In this document: positions 9,756-18,803 of the stretch, piece by piece
Layout: each line of letters starts with the position of its first letter
Position numbering within the stretch: the first letter of the stretch is position 1
Virus record (IMG/VR): IMGVR_UViG_3300007276_000043
Coordinates: 12,464 to 76,463 of that record
DNA from: a virus
DNA: 64,000 bases
Direction: 5' to 3' (one strand)
Position numbers and translations under genes: made by a program
The notes under the pieces: model-generated
The model's database searches: none
What the model saw: the letters and a program-made list of their open reading frames with translations, nothing else
What the model was told of the DNA's origin: nothing

Positions 9756-11588
9756 TTAAGTAAGACCAACTGAGCCTGATTTGACTTGTCCGATAGAATC
9801 TTTTATTCTAAAGAAAAGTTTATTGTTACCCTCATCAAGGTAAAAAGTAACAGATCCGCTATGAAGGTTATCGTTGTGAATTGGCGTTGCTGGTGCGCCG
9901 AGAACGGCGGCACCGCTTATATAAAGATTTGCATTAAAAGCAGCAGGGACAATATTAGAAGATATCATACCACCCTCCACTACAGCAAACAGATTTGCAT
10001 GCGTTGGAGATCTAATTTCTAAAAGAGACTTCCCGCCACCGGCAAATGTTGAAGATGCAGATATTTGAAATTGAGACCCACTCATAAAAGCATACATACC
10101 ATCTTGTTCAGCCTTAAAAGCACCACTTACATGGAGAGCATCCACTGGGGTGGCTTTATTGATACCTATTCTTTTATTAGTCTGATCTAAAACCAAAGTG
10201 TTTGAATTAAAATTCAAGCCATTTGGAATTGTAACAGCGGTTCCATTAATTGTTGTAACATCACCCGATGCATTACCAAGTGTGCTATTTCCATTAATGG
10301 TTAAATTTGAATCAAAAATAGCACTACCAGTTGGACTTATTGTGAGATCGCCATTAGCAGCAACAGTAAATTCAGCGGCTGATCCGGTATGGTTTGATAA
10401 CTTGAGTTGAGTTGCTGAGGAAGAAGAAATCTCAAGCAACGTATTTGGAGTATTCGTGCCTATACCAACATTTCCTCCATTGAAAAATGTTGAACCATTT
10501 GCATGAATTGTTGTGGTTATACTGTTGTTGGCATATCCAGCAATAACACCATCATCGGACGAATCATAAATTTGAACAACCGTGTCCGAGGATACGTCGT
10601 CTTGAATGATTAAATCGTTTTTAACAATTGTTTTTCCGCCAGAAGGCGCAAAGGTTAAGTGTCCAAAATCATCAACACTTATTGTTGCATAATCTCCAGA
10701 ATTATAAGACAATTGCAACTGTGCATTAGTACTGAGAATCTCCAAAGGAGCGGCAGGAGTAACGGTCCCAATACCAACTCTATTGTTGGAGGCACTAACA
10801 AACAAGGTGTTAGAATCAACATTCAAACTACTATTAACAGTTAATGTAGAGGCAGCAAATGATAAATTAGCATCTGATGTGATCGTTCCTATTCCGCCGT
10901 CAAGCAAAACTCTTCCAGCGTTTCCAAGAGCACTAGCATCTGATATTGGTGCGTTTGCCATTAAATTCGTTACAGTGCATTTTTTTGCACCAGAACCCTG
11001 ATCTATTATAACTGTGTTACCACCGGCAGGGGTGACCACGGCAAGACCAGCGACATCCAGAGCGAGACCAGAATCATCTTGTATTCCCTTGGAACTGGCT
11101 AATTGAACTTGAGATCCAAGAATAGTCGCACCGGCCCAGTTGCCATAAAAAGCAGAACCAGAAATGTTACCAGAGCCAGAGATTGAAGTTGCCTTAAAGT
11201 CTAAAACAGTTCCATTAAAAGTTAAATTTGCTTCTCCGTCAAGTTCTGTTGTTGTTGATCCAATGGTCACAAGACGGCTTTCTACTCTGTTGTTAAGTGC
11301 AGTAACAACACCTCCTCCTCCAGTCAATAATACTCCATTCGCATAAAATGCAGAACCAGAAATATTACCTGATGCACTTACAGGACCGGCAACATTTACA
11401 ATATGATCATTAGCATTTGTACCGCCAACCTGTAACATATTTGTGAAATGCGCCCTTGACCCAGATAAGTCATTAATTGTTTTCTGACCTGATACGGTTT
11501 GATCAGAGTGAGTGTCAACAATATTTTCAATTGTGCCTTGAGTTGCACCTTCAAAATTAACACTTCCGCTTAGAAGATTATACGACAT
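9756..11588 (-). CDS. Fibre-like virion protein, 610 aa
   Basis: Repeated RVGIGT.TP...LEI / NVGIGTNTP / RIGINKATP fibre modules; Ser/Gly rich. Confidence 0.7.
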   Translation of the reverse strand: MSYNLLSGSVNFEGATQGTIENIVDTHSDQTVSGQKTINDLSGSRAHFTNMLQVGGTNANDHIVNVAGPVSASGNISGSAFYANGVLLTGGGGVVTALNNRVESRLVTIGSTTTELDGEANLTFNGTVLDFKATSISGSGNISGSAFYGNWAGATILGSQVQLASSKGIQDDSGLALDVAGLAVVTPAGGNTVIIDQGSGAKKCTVTNLMANAPISDASALGNAGRVLLDGGIGTITSDANLSFAASTLTVNSSLNVDSNTLFVSASNNRVGIGTVTPAAPLEILSTNAQLQLSYNSGDYATISVDDFGHLTFAPSGGKTIVKNDLIIQDDVSSDTVVQIYDSSDDGVIAGYANNSITTTIHANGSTFFNGGNVGIGTNTPNTLLEISSSSATQLKLSNHTGSAAEFTVAANGDLTISPTGSAIFDSNLTINGNSTLGNASGDVTTINGTAVTIPNGLNFNSNTLVLDQTNKRIGINKATPVDALHVSGAFKAEQDGMYAFMSGSQFQISASSTFAGGGKSLLEIRSPTHANLFAVVEGGMISSNIVPAAFNANLYISGAAVLGAPATPIHNDNLHSGSVTFYLDEGNNKLFFRIKDSIGQVKSGSVGLT

Positions 11589-11610
11589 AAAAGTTCTCCA
11601 AATTTTATTA

Positions 11611-11618
11611 TAAATAGT
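11611..11618 (-). promoter_or_regulatory. Putative late-promoter octamer ACTATTTA
   Basis: Upstream of the 610-aa fibre gene. Confidence 0.7.
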
Positions 11619-11643
11619 TTATTTTTTTATAGTTCTCGGATAC

Positions 11644-12213
11644 TTATGATATTCTCAACCAATTGGACCCATCGGAGATCAAGAACATGCTTTCATTGTC
11701 CGAATCCATTGTCCTTGTTGTAGAACCGTCAATTGTTTGAGAACTATTTCCATCGACTGTGACTGTCTTGCCTTCGGCATTTCCTGATATCTTTACAACC
11801 ACTTGGGCATTTGAAGAAGCAGCGGGCAAAGTAATTGTAACATCGCCTGATGCTCCAATAAGATTAACAGGAACAACTTCGTTATTAGAAGCAGTATAAT
11901 TTGCTGTCTTTGGTGAAACGACGGTTAAGCTGCTTCCTCCACCACCTCCACCGCCGGAAGCATTAGCAAAAGATAGCTGCCCACTTCCGTTTGTTTGAAG
12001 AACTTGGTTGTTCTGTCCGTCTGTAACTGGAAATGTGTAAGCACCATTAAAGGTTATGGCTCCACTTGATCCAGAAATTTTAAATCTATCAGTACCATTG
12101 GTTACTAAATGTATTGCATCTTCTTCAAAATCAATACCGGTATTCCTATTGGCATCATCAGAGCCAGAAATATCGCCCATTATCTGATAGCCGCTTGAAT
12201 ATTTATATGACAT
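11644..12213 (-). CDS. Short fibre-like protein with C-terminal ITLP...IDG...DG.NW module (gp9/gp10-like)
   Basis: QVLQTNGSGQLSFA fibre motif, poly-Gly hinge, shared C-terminal module. Confidence 0.65.
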   Translation of the reverse strand: MSYKYSSGYQIMGDISGSDDANRNTGIDFEEDAIHLVTNGTDRFKISGSSGAITFNGAYTFPVTDGQNNQVLQTNGSGQLSFANASGGGGGGGSSLTVVSPKTANYTASNNEVVPVNLIGASGDVTITLPAASSNAQVVVKISGNAEGKTVTVDGNSSQTIDGSTTRTMDSDNESMFLISDGSNWLRIS

Positions 12214-12956
12214 TAATCTACTCTTTTATAGCCTAGTGTTTTTCTCGCAAGATACTTGATTTGATTTGCTGTAAGTTCTTGGTCGTAGATCGCACAAGAT
12301 GTTTGAACATAAGTTGGATTCAAAGTGTTGGGAAAATTATATAAATTACCTACTGAAAAGTATCCCGAATTTTGTGCCACATCTTCTCCCGGTGCTTTTG
12401 TGGTTGTCCCAGAGGCAACTTCGTTCCCATTTAAATACACTTTTACACCGGTGCCGTTTGAATCTCTAGTAAAAGCAACATGGTGCCAATCATGAGCCGT
12501 TGGTATGTTTGCATGTGTATCCACTCTGTGGTATGTCCCTTGTTGACTTTCGTGCACGTAGCCAATTTGATATGGCAAGACACCACCAATTCTTGTAATT
12601 TGAAGAGCATACATCGAAGCTCCTACTGCACCAGATCCATCAAAAGATACAAAATAATGTGCTTTAGATGTTGAATCTGGTTCGTCATCTGTTGTATAAA
12701 ATAGACAACAAAAAGACATTGCACCGGTATACTTAAAATCAGTATTACTATTGCGATAATAACTAAAATGAGATAAACCCTCTGCCTCACCGGGAACAAA
12801 ATCCACCTCATCGATCGGCGCATCTTGTTCTGTTAGAGTTTTACTATTACCAGAAGAATCAACAAGTTCGCTTCCTTTTACAAAGTTCCAAAGCCCAGTT
12901 GGACTAAAAGTTGTATCGTGTGCGCTTATTAAAAAGTTTTCTTTCATTACTGACAT
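12213..12956 (-). CDS. LamG/concanavalin A-like lectin-domain protein, paralog B
   Basis: DSSGN, WHHVAFTRD...KVYLNG, AIYDQELTANQI. Confidence 0.8.
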   Translation of the reverse strand: MSVMKENFLISAHDTTFSPTGLWNFVKGSELVDSSGNSKTLTEQDAPIDEVDFVPGEAEGLSHFSYYRNSNTDFKYTGAMSFCCLFYTTDDEPDSTSKAHYFVSFDGSGAVGASMYALQITRIGGVLPYQIGYVHESQQGTYHRVDTHANIPTAHDWHHVAFTRDSNGTGVKVYLNGNEVASGTTTKAPGEDVAQNSGYFSVGNLYNFPNTLNPTYVQTSCAIYDQELTANQIKYLARKTLGYKRVD

Positions 12957-12967
12957 TATAAATCTCC

Positions 12968-13684
12968 TTATTTAATCCTATCATATCCGAGTGTCTTTCT
13001 CGCAAGATATTTAATTTGATTCGCTGAAAGCTCTTGTTCGTAAATCGCACAAGAGGTAACAACAACTGTATTTGTTCTAGTGGTTTCGTTGCTTTCAATA
13101 TCGCCAACACAATAATATGCAGTCCCTTGTGTACCGGGTCCTTGACCTAAAGTTTCGCTATGAACTTGCTGGCCATTAAAATAAATTTTAATACCAGTTC
13201 CATTTGAATCTCTAGTAAAAGCAACATGATTCCATTTATAATGTTCTCTAACTTTTCTATCAACAACTGCTGTACTTAATGAACCGTTGTTTTGATGAGC
13301 ATAGCGAAGATATCCTGTGTTGTTAATTTGCAAACTCCACCTTGCATCATTTCCCCCACCATTGCTATCACACAAGCCCAATTGAGCATGCTTGTTAGAA
13401 CTATCGGGTACTGAGCCAGTTGTGAAAATCAAACAAGCATAAGACATAGCCCCCGTGTAGTTGAAATCGCCAGAATTATTACGATAATAACTAAAGTGTG
13501 AAAGACCTTCGGCTGCTCCAAATGAAAAATCAACATCGTCAACCGCCTCATCGCTTTCGGTTAGTGTTTTACTATTACCTGATGAATCAGTCAATAAGCT
13601 TCCGCTAACAAAGTTATAAAGACCAGTTGGGCTAAAAGTTGTATCGTGTGCATTTCTTAAAAAGTTTTCTTTCATTATACCCAT
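12968..13684 (-). CDS. LamG/concanavalin A-like lectin-domain protein, paralog A
   Basis: WNHVAFTRD...KIYFNG, AIYEQELSANQI; start revised to ATG 13684 (TAATG overlap, GGAGG SD, aligns with paralog B). Confidence 0.8.
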   Translation of the reverse strand: MGIMKENFLRNAHDTTFSPTGLYNFVSGSLLTDSSGNSKTLTESDEAVDDVDFSFGAAEGLSHFSYYRNNSGDFNYTGAMSYACLIFTTGSVPDSSNKHAQLGLCDSNGGGNDARWSLQINNTGYLRYAHQNNGSLSTAVVDRKVREHYKWNHVAFTRDSNGTGIKIYFNGQQVHSETLGQGPGTQGTAYYCVGDIESNETTRTNTVVVTSCAIYEQELSANQIKYLARKTLGYDRIK

Positions 13685-14292
13685 TATGCTATCCTCCACC
13701 AATTAGAGCCGTCAGAGACGACATGCATTATTTCGTTATCCGAATCCATTGTTCTTGTTGTCGAGCCGTCAATTGTTTCTGAACCGTTACCGTCAACTGT
13801 GACGACATAACCATTTGCTGCTCCAGCGATTTTTACTATCACTTCTGCATCTGCCGAAGCCGCTGGGAGCGTAACTGTAATATCGGCACCTGCTGATACT
13901 AAATTTACCAAAACAAGATCTGAGGCAGAAGCCGTATATGCACTTGTCTTTTGAGCCTGCACGTTAAAGCCACTTGGGGTTCCACCGCCGCCTGTGTTAG
14001 CATCAACTGAATTTGATAGAACAGTCCAGCCGCTTCCATTTGATTTCAAAGAAACACGACCGTTGTTCGTGCTAATAGTTAAACTTGCACTTCCACCGAT
14101 GGTCTGACCACCAGTAGCATTAATTGTAATATTATTAGAACCAGCATCTCCAACTGTATCGGTGATTGTCCAAACAACACCAGAATCAGGTGCGGTTCCT
14201 AAATTGATTGTTTTTGTTGCAGTTGAGTTAGATAAAATTCTCCAACCGCCAGTGGGGCTTATAGCATCCCCATTTGCATCTGTAATAGCCAT
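13684..14292 (-). CDS. Virion protein with two tandem gp9/gp10-like beta modules
   Basis: ITD..G.AGSNNITI...QTIGG and ITVTLPAA...ETIDG...SDGSNWW modules; AGGAG SD. Confidence 0.65.
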   Translation of the reverse strand: MAITDANGDAISPTGGWRILSNSTATKTINLGTAPDSGVVWTITDTVGDAGSNNITINATGGQTIGGSASLTISTNNGRVSLKSNGSGWTVLSNSVDANTGGGGTPSGFNVQAQKTSAYTASASDLVLVNLVSAGADITVTLPAASADAEVIVKIAGAANGYVVTVDGNGSETIDGSTTRTMDSDNEIMHVVSDGSNWWRIA

Positions 14293-14328
14293 ATGATTTC
14301 TCCTATGAATAATAGCTTTGATTATTTG

Positions 14329-14336
14329 TAAATAGT
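14329..14336 (-). promoter_or_regulatory. Putative late-promoter octamer ACTATTTA
   Basis: After terminator, upstream of the lectin cassette. Confidence 0.7.
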
Positions 14337-14370
14337 TTTATTTTTGTTCTTTTCCTTATTCTCGGAAGAT

Positions 14371-14400
14371 AAAAAAAGGGGGGCCTAAACCCCCCAAAAA
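14371..14400 (-). terminator. Rho-independent terminator (possibly bidirectional)
   Basis: GGGGGG-TTTAGG-CCCCCC-TTTTTTT on the minus strand. Confidence 0.85.
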
Positions 14401-14413
14401 CAAATAAGTTTTT

Positions 14414-14959
14414 TTATAGGACAAACCATGCTGTGCCGTTACAAACTAATGTAACACCGGCATGAGGCGATTCAAGAATAATAGAAGCAACACCGTCAAT
14501 AGTTTCAGAACTATTTCCGTCAATTGTGATATTATTATTGTGGGCATTTCCACCAACATCTTTAATCTTTAAAACTCTTCCGCTGTGGCTGGCCGCAGCA
14601 GGTAAAGTAATAGTGATTGTATTACTAGCAGAACTAGCAGCGACAAAGTAATCTGTAGCTGCAATGGTGTAAGTTGAAGAAGTAACAGAAGTTACTTTTC
14701 CAGCTTGCGCTCCATTGAAAGTTACCTTGGCATCAAAGCTAGCATTGCCTTGAAAAGCAGATGTGCTATTGCAATCTAAAGTTCCATCAATCTGTAGCAT
14801 AGAGCTAAACAAAGCATCTTCTACCACAGTCAATCCACCGCGAACGGCAGCAGTTTGACCAGGAAGTGCGAGATTAACAGAACCAGAAAGATCGACATCA
14901 CCCTCTTGTGTGAGGGAGCCGCTCATTATGGATTCTCCTACTTGGTATTTATAAGCCAT
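14414..14959 (-). CDS. Fibre-array paralog, 181 aa
   Basis: MAYKYQVG N-terminus like the 737-aa gene; shared C-terminal ITLPAA...TIDG...LESP...WFV module. Confidence 0.7.
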   Translation of the reverse strand: MAYKYQVGESIMSGSLTQEGDVDLSGSVNLALPGQTAAVRGGLTVVEDALFSSMLQIDGTLDCNSTSAFQGNASFDAKVTFNGAQAGKVTSVTSSTYTIAATDYFVAASSASNTITITLPAAASHSGRVLKIKDVGGNAHNNNITIDGNSSETIDGVASIILESPHAGVTLVCNGTAWFVL

Positions 14960-14979
14960 TTTTTATCTTTCCTCCGAAT

Positions 14980-15008
14980 AAAAAAGGGGGAGAGGAGACC
15001 CCTCCCCC
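14980..15008 (-). terminator. Rho-independent terminator
   Basis: GGGGGAGGGG-TCT-CCTCTCCCCC-TTTTTT on the minus strand. Confidence 0.85.
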
Positions 15009-15044
15009 AGCAAATAAGCCAATAAGGCGAACAAGAAGTTCGTC

Positions 15045-17258
15045 CTAGAAGACTCTCCATGCATCAGCAGCAATATATACCAATTCAACAGCAGCGAATG
15101 GTGATTCTAAACGGATTGAGGCTTGACCATCAATTGTTTGAGAACCTGCTTTGTTGATTGTGATATAACGAGCAGCAGAACAGTCGCTTGGAGCCTTAAC
15201 TTTAACAGATTGTCCAACAGTTGGAGAAGCTGGAAGAGTTACAGCATCTTCACCATCAGCACTCATATCAGAGAAGTAGTTAACTCCAACAACAAGAGTA
15301 CCAGCAGCGGCGACATTCTGAACAACAGCAGCAGCATCAGACATGTATACTTTGAGGCTATCAAGACCAACTTTCTTAAGTGTTCCACCGTCAGAGATCA
15401 TCATCTCATCAGCATCAACAACAGCACCAGAAGCCAATTCAGTTTGACCAGAAATAACATTGTCATTAAGCATAGAACCTTCAACTGCGTCAGCAGCGAT
15501 AGTTAAAGCACCAGCAGAGCTAACAGTAGCATCGCCAGAGAACTTAGCATAAGCATACTCAGCAATCTTAAGAATGTTAGTTTGCTTCATTGTTCCAGCA
15601 TCATTGTGCAAGAAACCATCACCATCAGCAAGAGCAGGTGTTTCAACAGAAGACGCACCATCAAGGAGGGCGAATTCAGCAGCAGTAACAGCAGCAGAAG
15701 CATCTGTTGCAGCAGTAGCCAAAGCTGGGATGAAGTAAGAACCAGCACTCAAAGTTGGCAAACTAAGAGTGGTATCAGCACCCGGAGTTGCACAAGTAAG
15801 AATTGTTTCGTGATCGTCAGCCGGACCTTCAAAAGTGAAAGAACTTGTGATCTCGATTGTAGTAGAATTAATGCTAGTAAGAGCACCGTTTACAGTCAAG
15901 TTACCACCAACGACAACTGGACCACTGAAAGTAGCGATATCATCAGATTGGTTACCAATAGTGAAGTTACCACCCATATCAACATTTGTAGCGATTTTAT
16001 TAAAATCGATAGCAGCATTTGAAGCAACAGAGGCATTAACGACAGCATTTGCAGCCAATTCGTCAGCACCAACAGCATCATCAGCAATCATGCTGTTTTC
16101 AACTGCTTGAGCAGCGATAGTTAAAGCACCACCAGCAGCGATAGTAGCATCACCAGAGATGTTACCAAAGATAGCATCTTCAAGATCTGAGAAAGTGATT
16201 GATTTAAGAGCATTAGAATCATCAATATCACCAGCATACATCAAGTCGCCTTGTGCAAGGTCACTCAAAGAAGAAGCCAAAGAACCACCATCAAGCTTGT
16301 CCATGTCGATTGCAGCATTTGCAGCAATAGAAGCATTAACAACAGCGTTTGCAGCCAATTCGTCAGCACCGACAGCATCGTCAGCTAACATAGCATTTGA
16401 GATACCACCTGCTTTAACACGAACAGCATCGGAGAATAATTCGATAGAAGAATCATCAACACCAACAGCCAAAACACCAGCAGAAGCAGCGAGACCGTTA
16501 CCAGCAACGAGAGCCATAATGTCAGCGACAGTATCAGCTTTTAAGTTACCATTGTCGTTTTGATCTTTAAAATAAAGAGCATCGTTAGCAAGGCTAATAG
16601 TAGCGTCTAAGTTAGCATCAAATCTAACAGCACCGTTTGTTACCAAAGCAGCACCACCAGAGCCAGAAATCAAAACATCAGCAGAAGCTGTGATTTCAGC
16701 AAAAGAAGCATTGTTACCTTGGAAGTTACCAGCAGAACTAATAATATTGTTTCCACCTAAATCGTATGAAGTAGCATTAACTTCACCGCTTGAACCGTAA
16801 ATAACAGCTTTGCTGTTAACGATTGTGTCGGCGGCTGCGCCGTCAAGCAAGTTTAATTCAGCAGCAGTTGATGAAACAGCACCGTCAGCCAATTGAAGAC
16901 CGCCAGTTTTACCGATAATGAAGTCAAGATCGTTAGCGATTGTGATATCAGCACCCGGATCCAAAAGGATCATGTCAGAGTCTGAATCTGTACCGATGTA
17001 TGAGTCGTCATCAATCTTCAAAGATTTCATAGCGACATCACCGTCAGCATCGACAGCGAAACCAGACATAGTAATAGTGCCCATTGTAAGGTCACCAGAA
17101 CCGTCGATGGAAGTAGCACCAGCGATTGCGCCAGCGTTTGTAACTCCACCTGATTGTAAGTTCAATGAATCAGCGGTAAGTGCGTCAACTTCAGCAGCAC
17201 CTTCCTGAACCAAAGAACCAGATGCAGTGTATGCACCTAATTGAAATTTATAAGCCAT
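15045..17258 (-). CDS. Long Ala/Asp-rich fibre protein with internal repeats, 737 aa
   Basis: ADDAVGADELAANAVVNAS x2, SGDAT....GALTIAA x2; shared C-terminal module; AGGAGG SD; strong GCT/GTT codon bias like the capsid gene. Confidence 0.75.
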   Translation of the reverse strand: MAYKFQLGAYTASGSLVQEGAAEVDALTADSLNLQSGGVTNAGAIAGATSIDGSGDLTMGTITMSGFAVDADGDVAMKSLKIDDDSYIGTDSDSDMILLDPGADITIANDLDFIIGKTGGLQLADGAVSSTAAELNLLDGAAADTIVNSKAVIYGSSGEVNATSYDLGGNNIISSAGNFQGNNASFAEITASADVLISGSGGAALVTNGAVRFDANLDATISLANDALYFKDQNDNGNLKADTVADIMALVAGNGLAASAGVLAVGVDDSSIELFSDAVRVKAGGISNAMLADDAVGADELAANAVVNASIAANAAIDMDKLDGGSLASSLSDLAQGDLMYAGDIDDSNALKSITFSDLEDAIFGNISGDATIAAGGALTIAAQAVENSMIADDAVGADELAANAVVNASVASNAAIDFNKIATNVDMGGNFTIGNQSDDIATFSGPVVVGGNLTVNGALTSINSTTIEITSSFTFEGPADDHETILTCATPGADTTLSLPTLSAGSYFIPALATAATDASAAVTAAEFALLDGASSVETPALADGDGFLHNDAGTMKQTNILKIAEYAYAKFSGDATVSSAGALTIAADAVEGSMLNDNVISGQTELASGAVVDADEMMISDGGTLKKVGLDSLKVYMSDAAAVVQNVAAAGTLVVGVNYFSDMSADGEDAVTLPASPTVGQSVKVKAPSDCSAARYITINKAGSQTIDGQASIRLESPFAAVELVYIAADAWRVF

Positions 17259-17282
17259 ATATATTTCCTCCTAAATATAGCA

Positions 17283-17327
17283 TGAGGTAAGGCACGTCAA
17301 GCAAAGCAAGACGCACCAATCCCCTCA
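17283..17327 (-). promoter_or_regulatory. Predicted stem-loop in the 5' leader of the 737-aa fibre gene
   Basis: UGAGG/CCUCA and GGUGCGUC/GACGUGCC pairings; no U-tract; lies between the octamer and the SD. Confidence 0.55.
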
Positions 17328-17388
17328 ACTTAACTAGGGAGCAGCAAGTCGTTTAGAACAAAAAAAATAATATATTTTTATATCTCAA

Positions 17389-18162
17389 TTAGAAGATAAA
17401 ATATTTGTCCGATCCATTGCTGTAAACATTAACTGCGGCAAATGGGCTTTCTAATCTGATGCTTGAATAATCATCAATTTTTTGAGATCCCGAAGCAAGA
17501 ATAAGAATTGTGTGTGTTCCTGCTGTTCCGTTCTCGTCTTTAAATATAAGTGCTTGACCGCTTGATAAAGCAGAGGCAGGCGGCAATCTTATATCTAAAT
17601 TTGTTGATGCGGAAATTCCGATAAAATAATCTGTTGCGGAGGCTGTTATTGTAGAAGATATCTGGCGGCGTTTTAATATAAGACCAGATTGTATATTTAA
17701 AACATTTCCATCAAATGTAAGATTTGCCTCTCCATCAAGATCAGTTGTTGCGGAACCTATAGTAACAAGGCGGTTTGTTGCATTGTTATTTAAGGCCGTA
17801 ATTGCACCGCCTTGGGTTAAAATAACATTGTTATTTGAATCCAGACCAAGAACACTAGAAGTTGTTGCTGTTGTTCCTTGTGCAAGCCCCGTGAAGTTCA
17901 TACCCGAAGAGGCTGATAATCTAGATAAAGATAAGGTGTCGGTATTAGGATTGAAGGTGAATGTAGTATCGCCTTCTAAGTGTGTTTCTCCTGATACGGA
18001 TTTGTAGTATGGTATAACACCACCGGCTGATTCTCCAAAAAGATCAAACTGTTTTACATTTTCTAAATTTGTTCCATCTCCACCGAAAGAACCAGTGAAA
18101 GAGCCAGAGCCAATAAAACCAGATACAGAAGAAACACTACCAGATAATACATTGTAGCCCAT
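17389..18162 (-). CDS. Fibre-array paralog, 257 aa
   Basis: MGYNVLSGSV start and TALNN...RLVTIGS.TT.LDGEANLTF shared with the 610-aa gene; shared C-terminal module. Confidence 0.7.
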   Translation of the reverse strand: MGYNVLSGSVSSVSGFIGSGSFTGSFGGDGTNLENVKQFDLFGESAGGVIPYYKSVSGETHLEGDTTFTFNPNTDTLSLSRLSASSGMNFTGLAQGTTATTSSVLGLDSNNNVILTQGGAITALNNNATNRLVTIGSATTDLDGEANLTFDGNVLNIQSGLILKRRQISSTITASATDYFIGISASTNLDIRLPPASALSSGQALIFKDENGTAGTHTILILASGSQKIDDYSSIRLESPFAAVNVYSNGSDKYFIF

Positions 18163-18179
18163 TCAAGTTTCCCCCTATA

Positions 18180-18791
18180 TCAATAAATAAACCATTTTGA
18201 TATGCCGTTACTATAAATAGTCAAAGCTGGGCTATCGCCAGAAAGAGAATAGGCTGATTGACCATCTATTGTTTCTCCACCGGATGCAGAGACCGCTATT
18301 TGATTAGAACTTGCTCTGGTTGAAGTAGTTTCATCCTTGATTATTAAAGTTTTACCAGCACCTGCGACTGAAGCTGAAGGAATCGTCAATGAAACATATG
18401 ATGTTGATGTAATGCCAACTATGGAGTCATATGTATTCAAGCTGTAAGAAGTTGATGCAGAAGAAGAGTAGTGTTGATTGAGTCCACCAGAAATTATAGA
18501 TATTGAGCCAGTGAACACATGAGTGTCGCCTGAATCATCTCCAAAGCGCGTACTTCCGCTTATGTCTATTTCGGTTTTAGTTGTAGTGATAACATCAAAA
18601 ACATTTGCCCTAAGTGTTCCACTTATATCCATATTTCCACTAAGAACTAAAAAATCACTAGTGTAATCATACATCAAGTTAGAGCTACCAGAAATTTCCC
18701 CTAGAGAGCCACTCGCAAATTGAAGAGACTGGTCTGGTCCTTTTGCTGGTTTTTGTGCGTCTGTAATATGTACCCAACCAAATTTACCCAT
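18180..18791 (-). CDS. Fibre-array paralog, 203 aa
   Basis: SGSTRFGDDSGDTHVFTGS motif; shared C-terminal module. Confidence 0.7.
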   Translation of the reverse strand: MGKFGWVHITDAQKPAKGPDQSLQFASGSLGEISGSSNLMYDYTSDFLVLSGNMDISGTLRANVFDVITTTKTEIDISGSTRFGDDSGDTHVFTGSISIISGGLNQHYSSSASTSYSLNTYDSIVGITSTSYVSLTIPSASVAGAGKTLIIKDETTSTRASSNQIAVSASGGETIDGQSAYSLSGDSPALTIYSNGISKWFIY

Positions 18792-18803
18792 TAAATAATC
18801 CTA

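Noticed and set aside
11609-11616. Canonical T4 late promoter TATAAATA
   Set aside because: It lies on the plus strand with no plus-strand gene to drive; treated as part of the minus-strand ACTATTTA motif
11644-14292. Diversity-generating retroelement TR/VR pair
   Set aside because: Repeats are coding paralogs with differences not confined to adenines; no reverse transcriptase in the window
17259-17388. tRNA or known riboswitch in the longest intergenic gap
   Set aside because: No cloverleaf or T-loop consensus; only a single hairpin, reported as a leader structure
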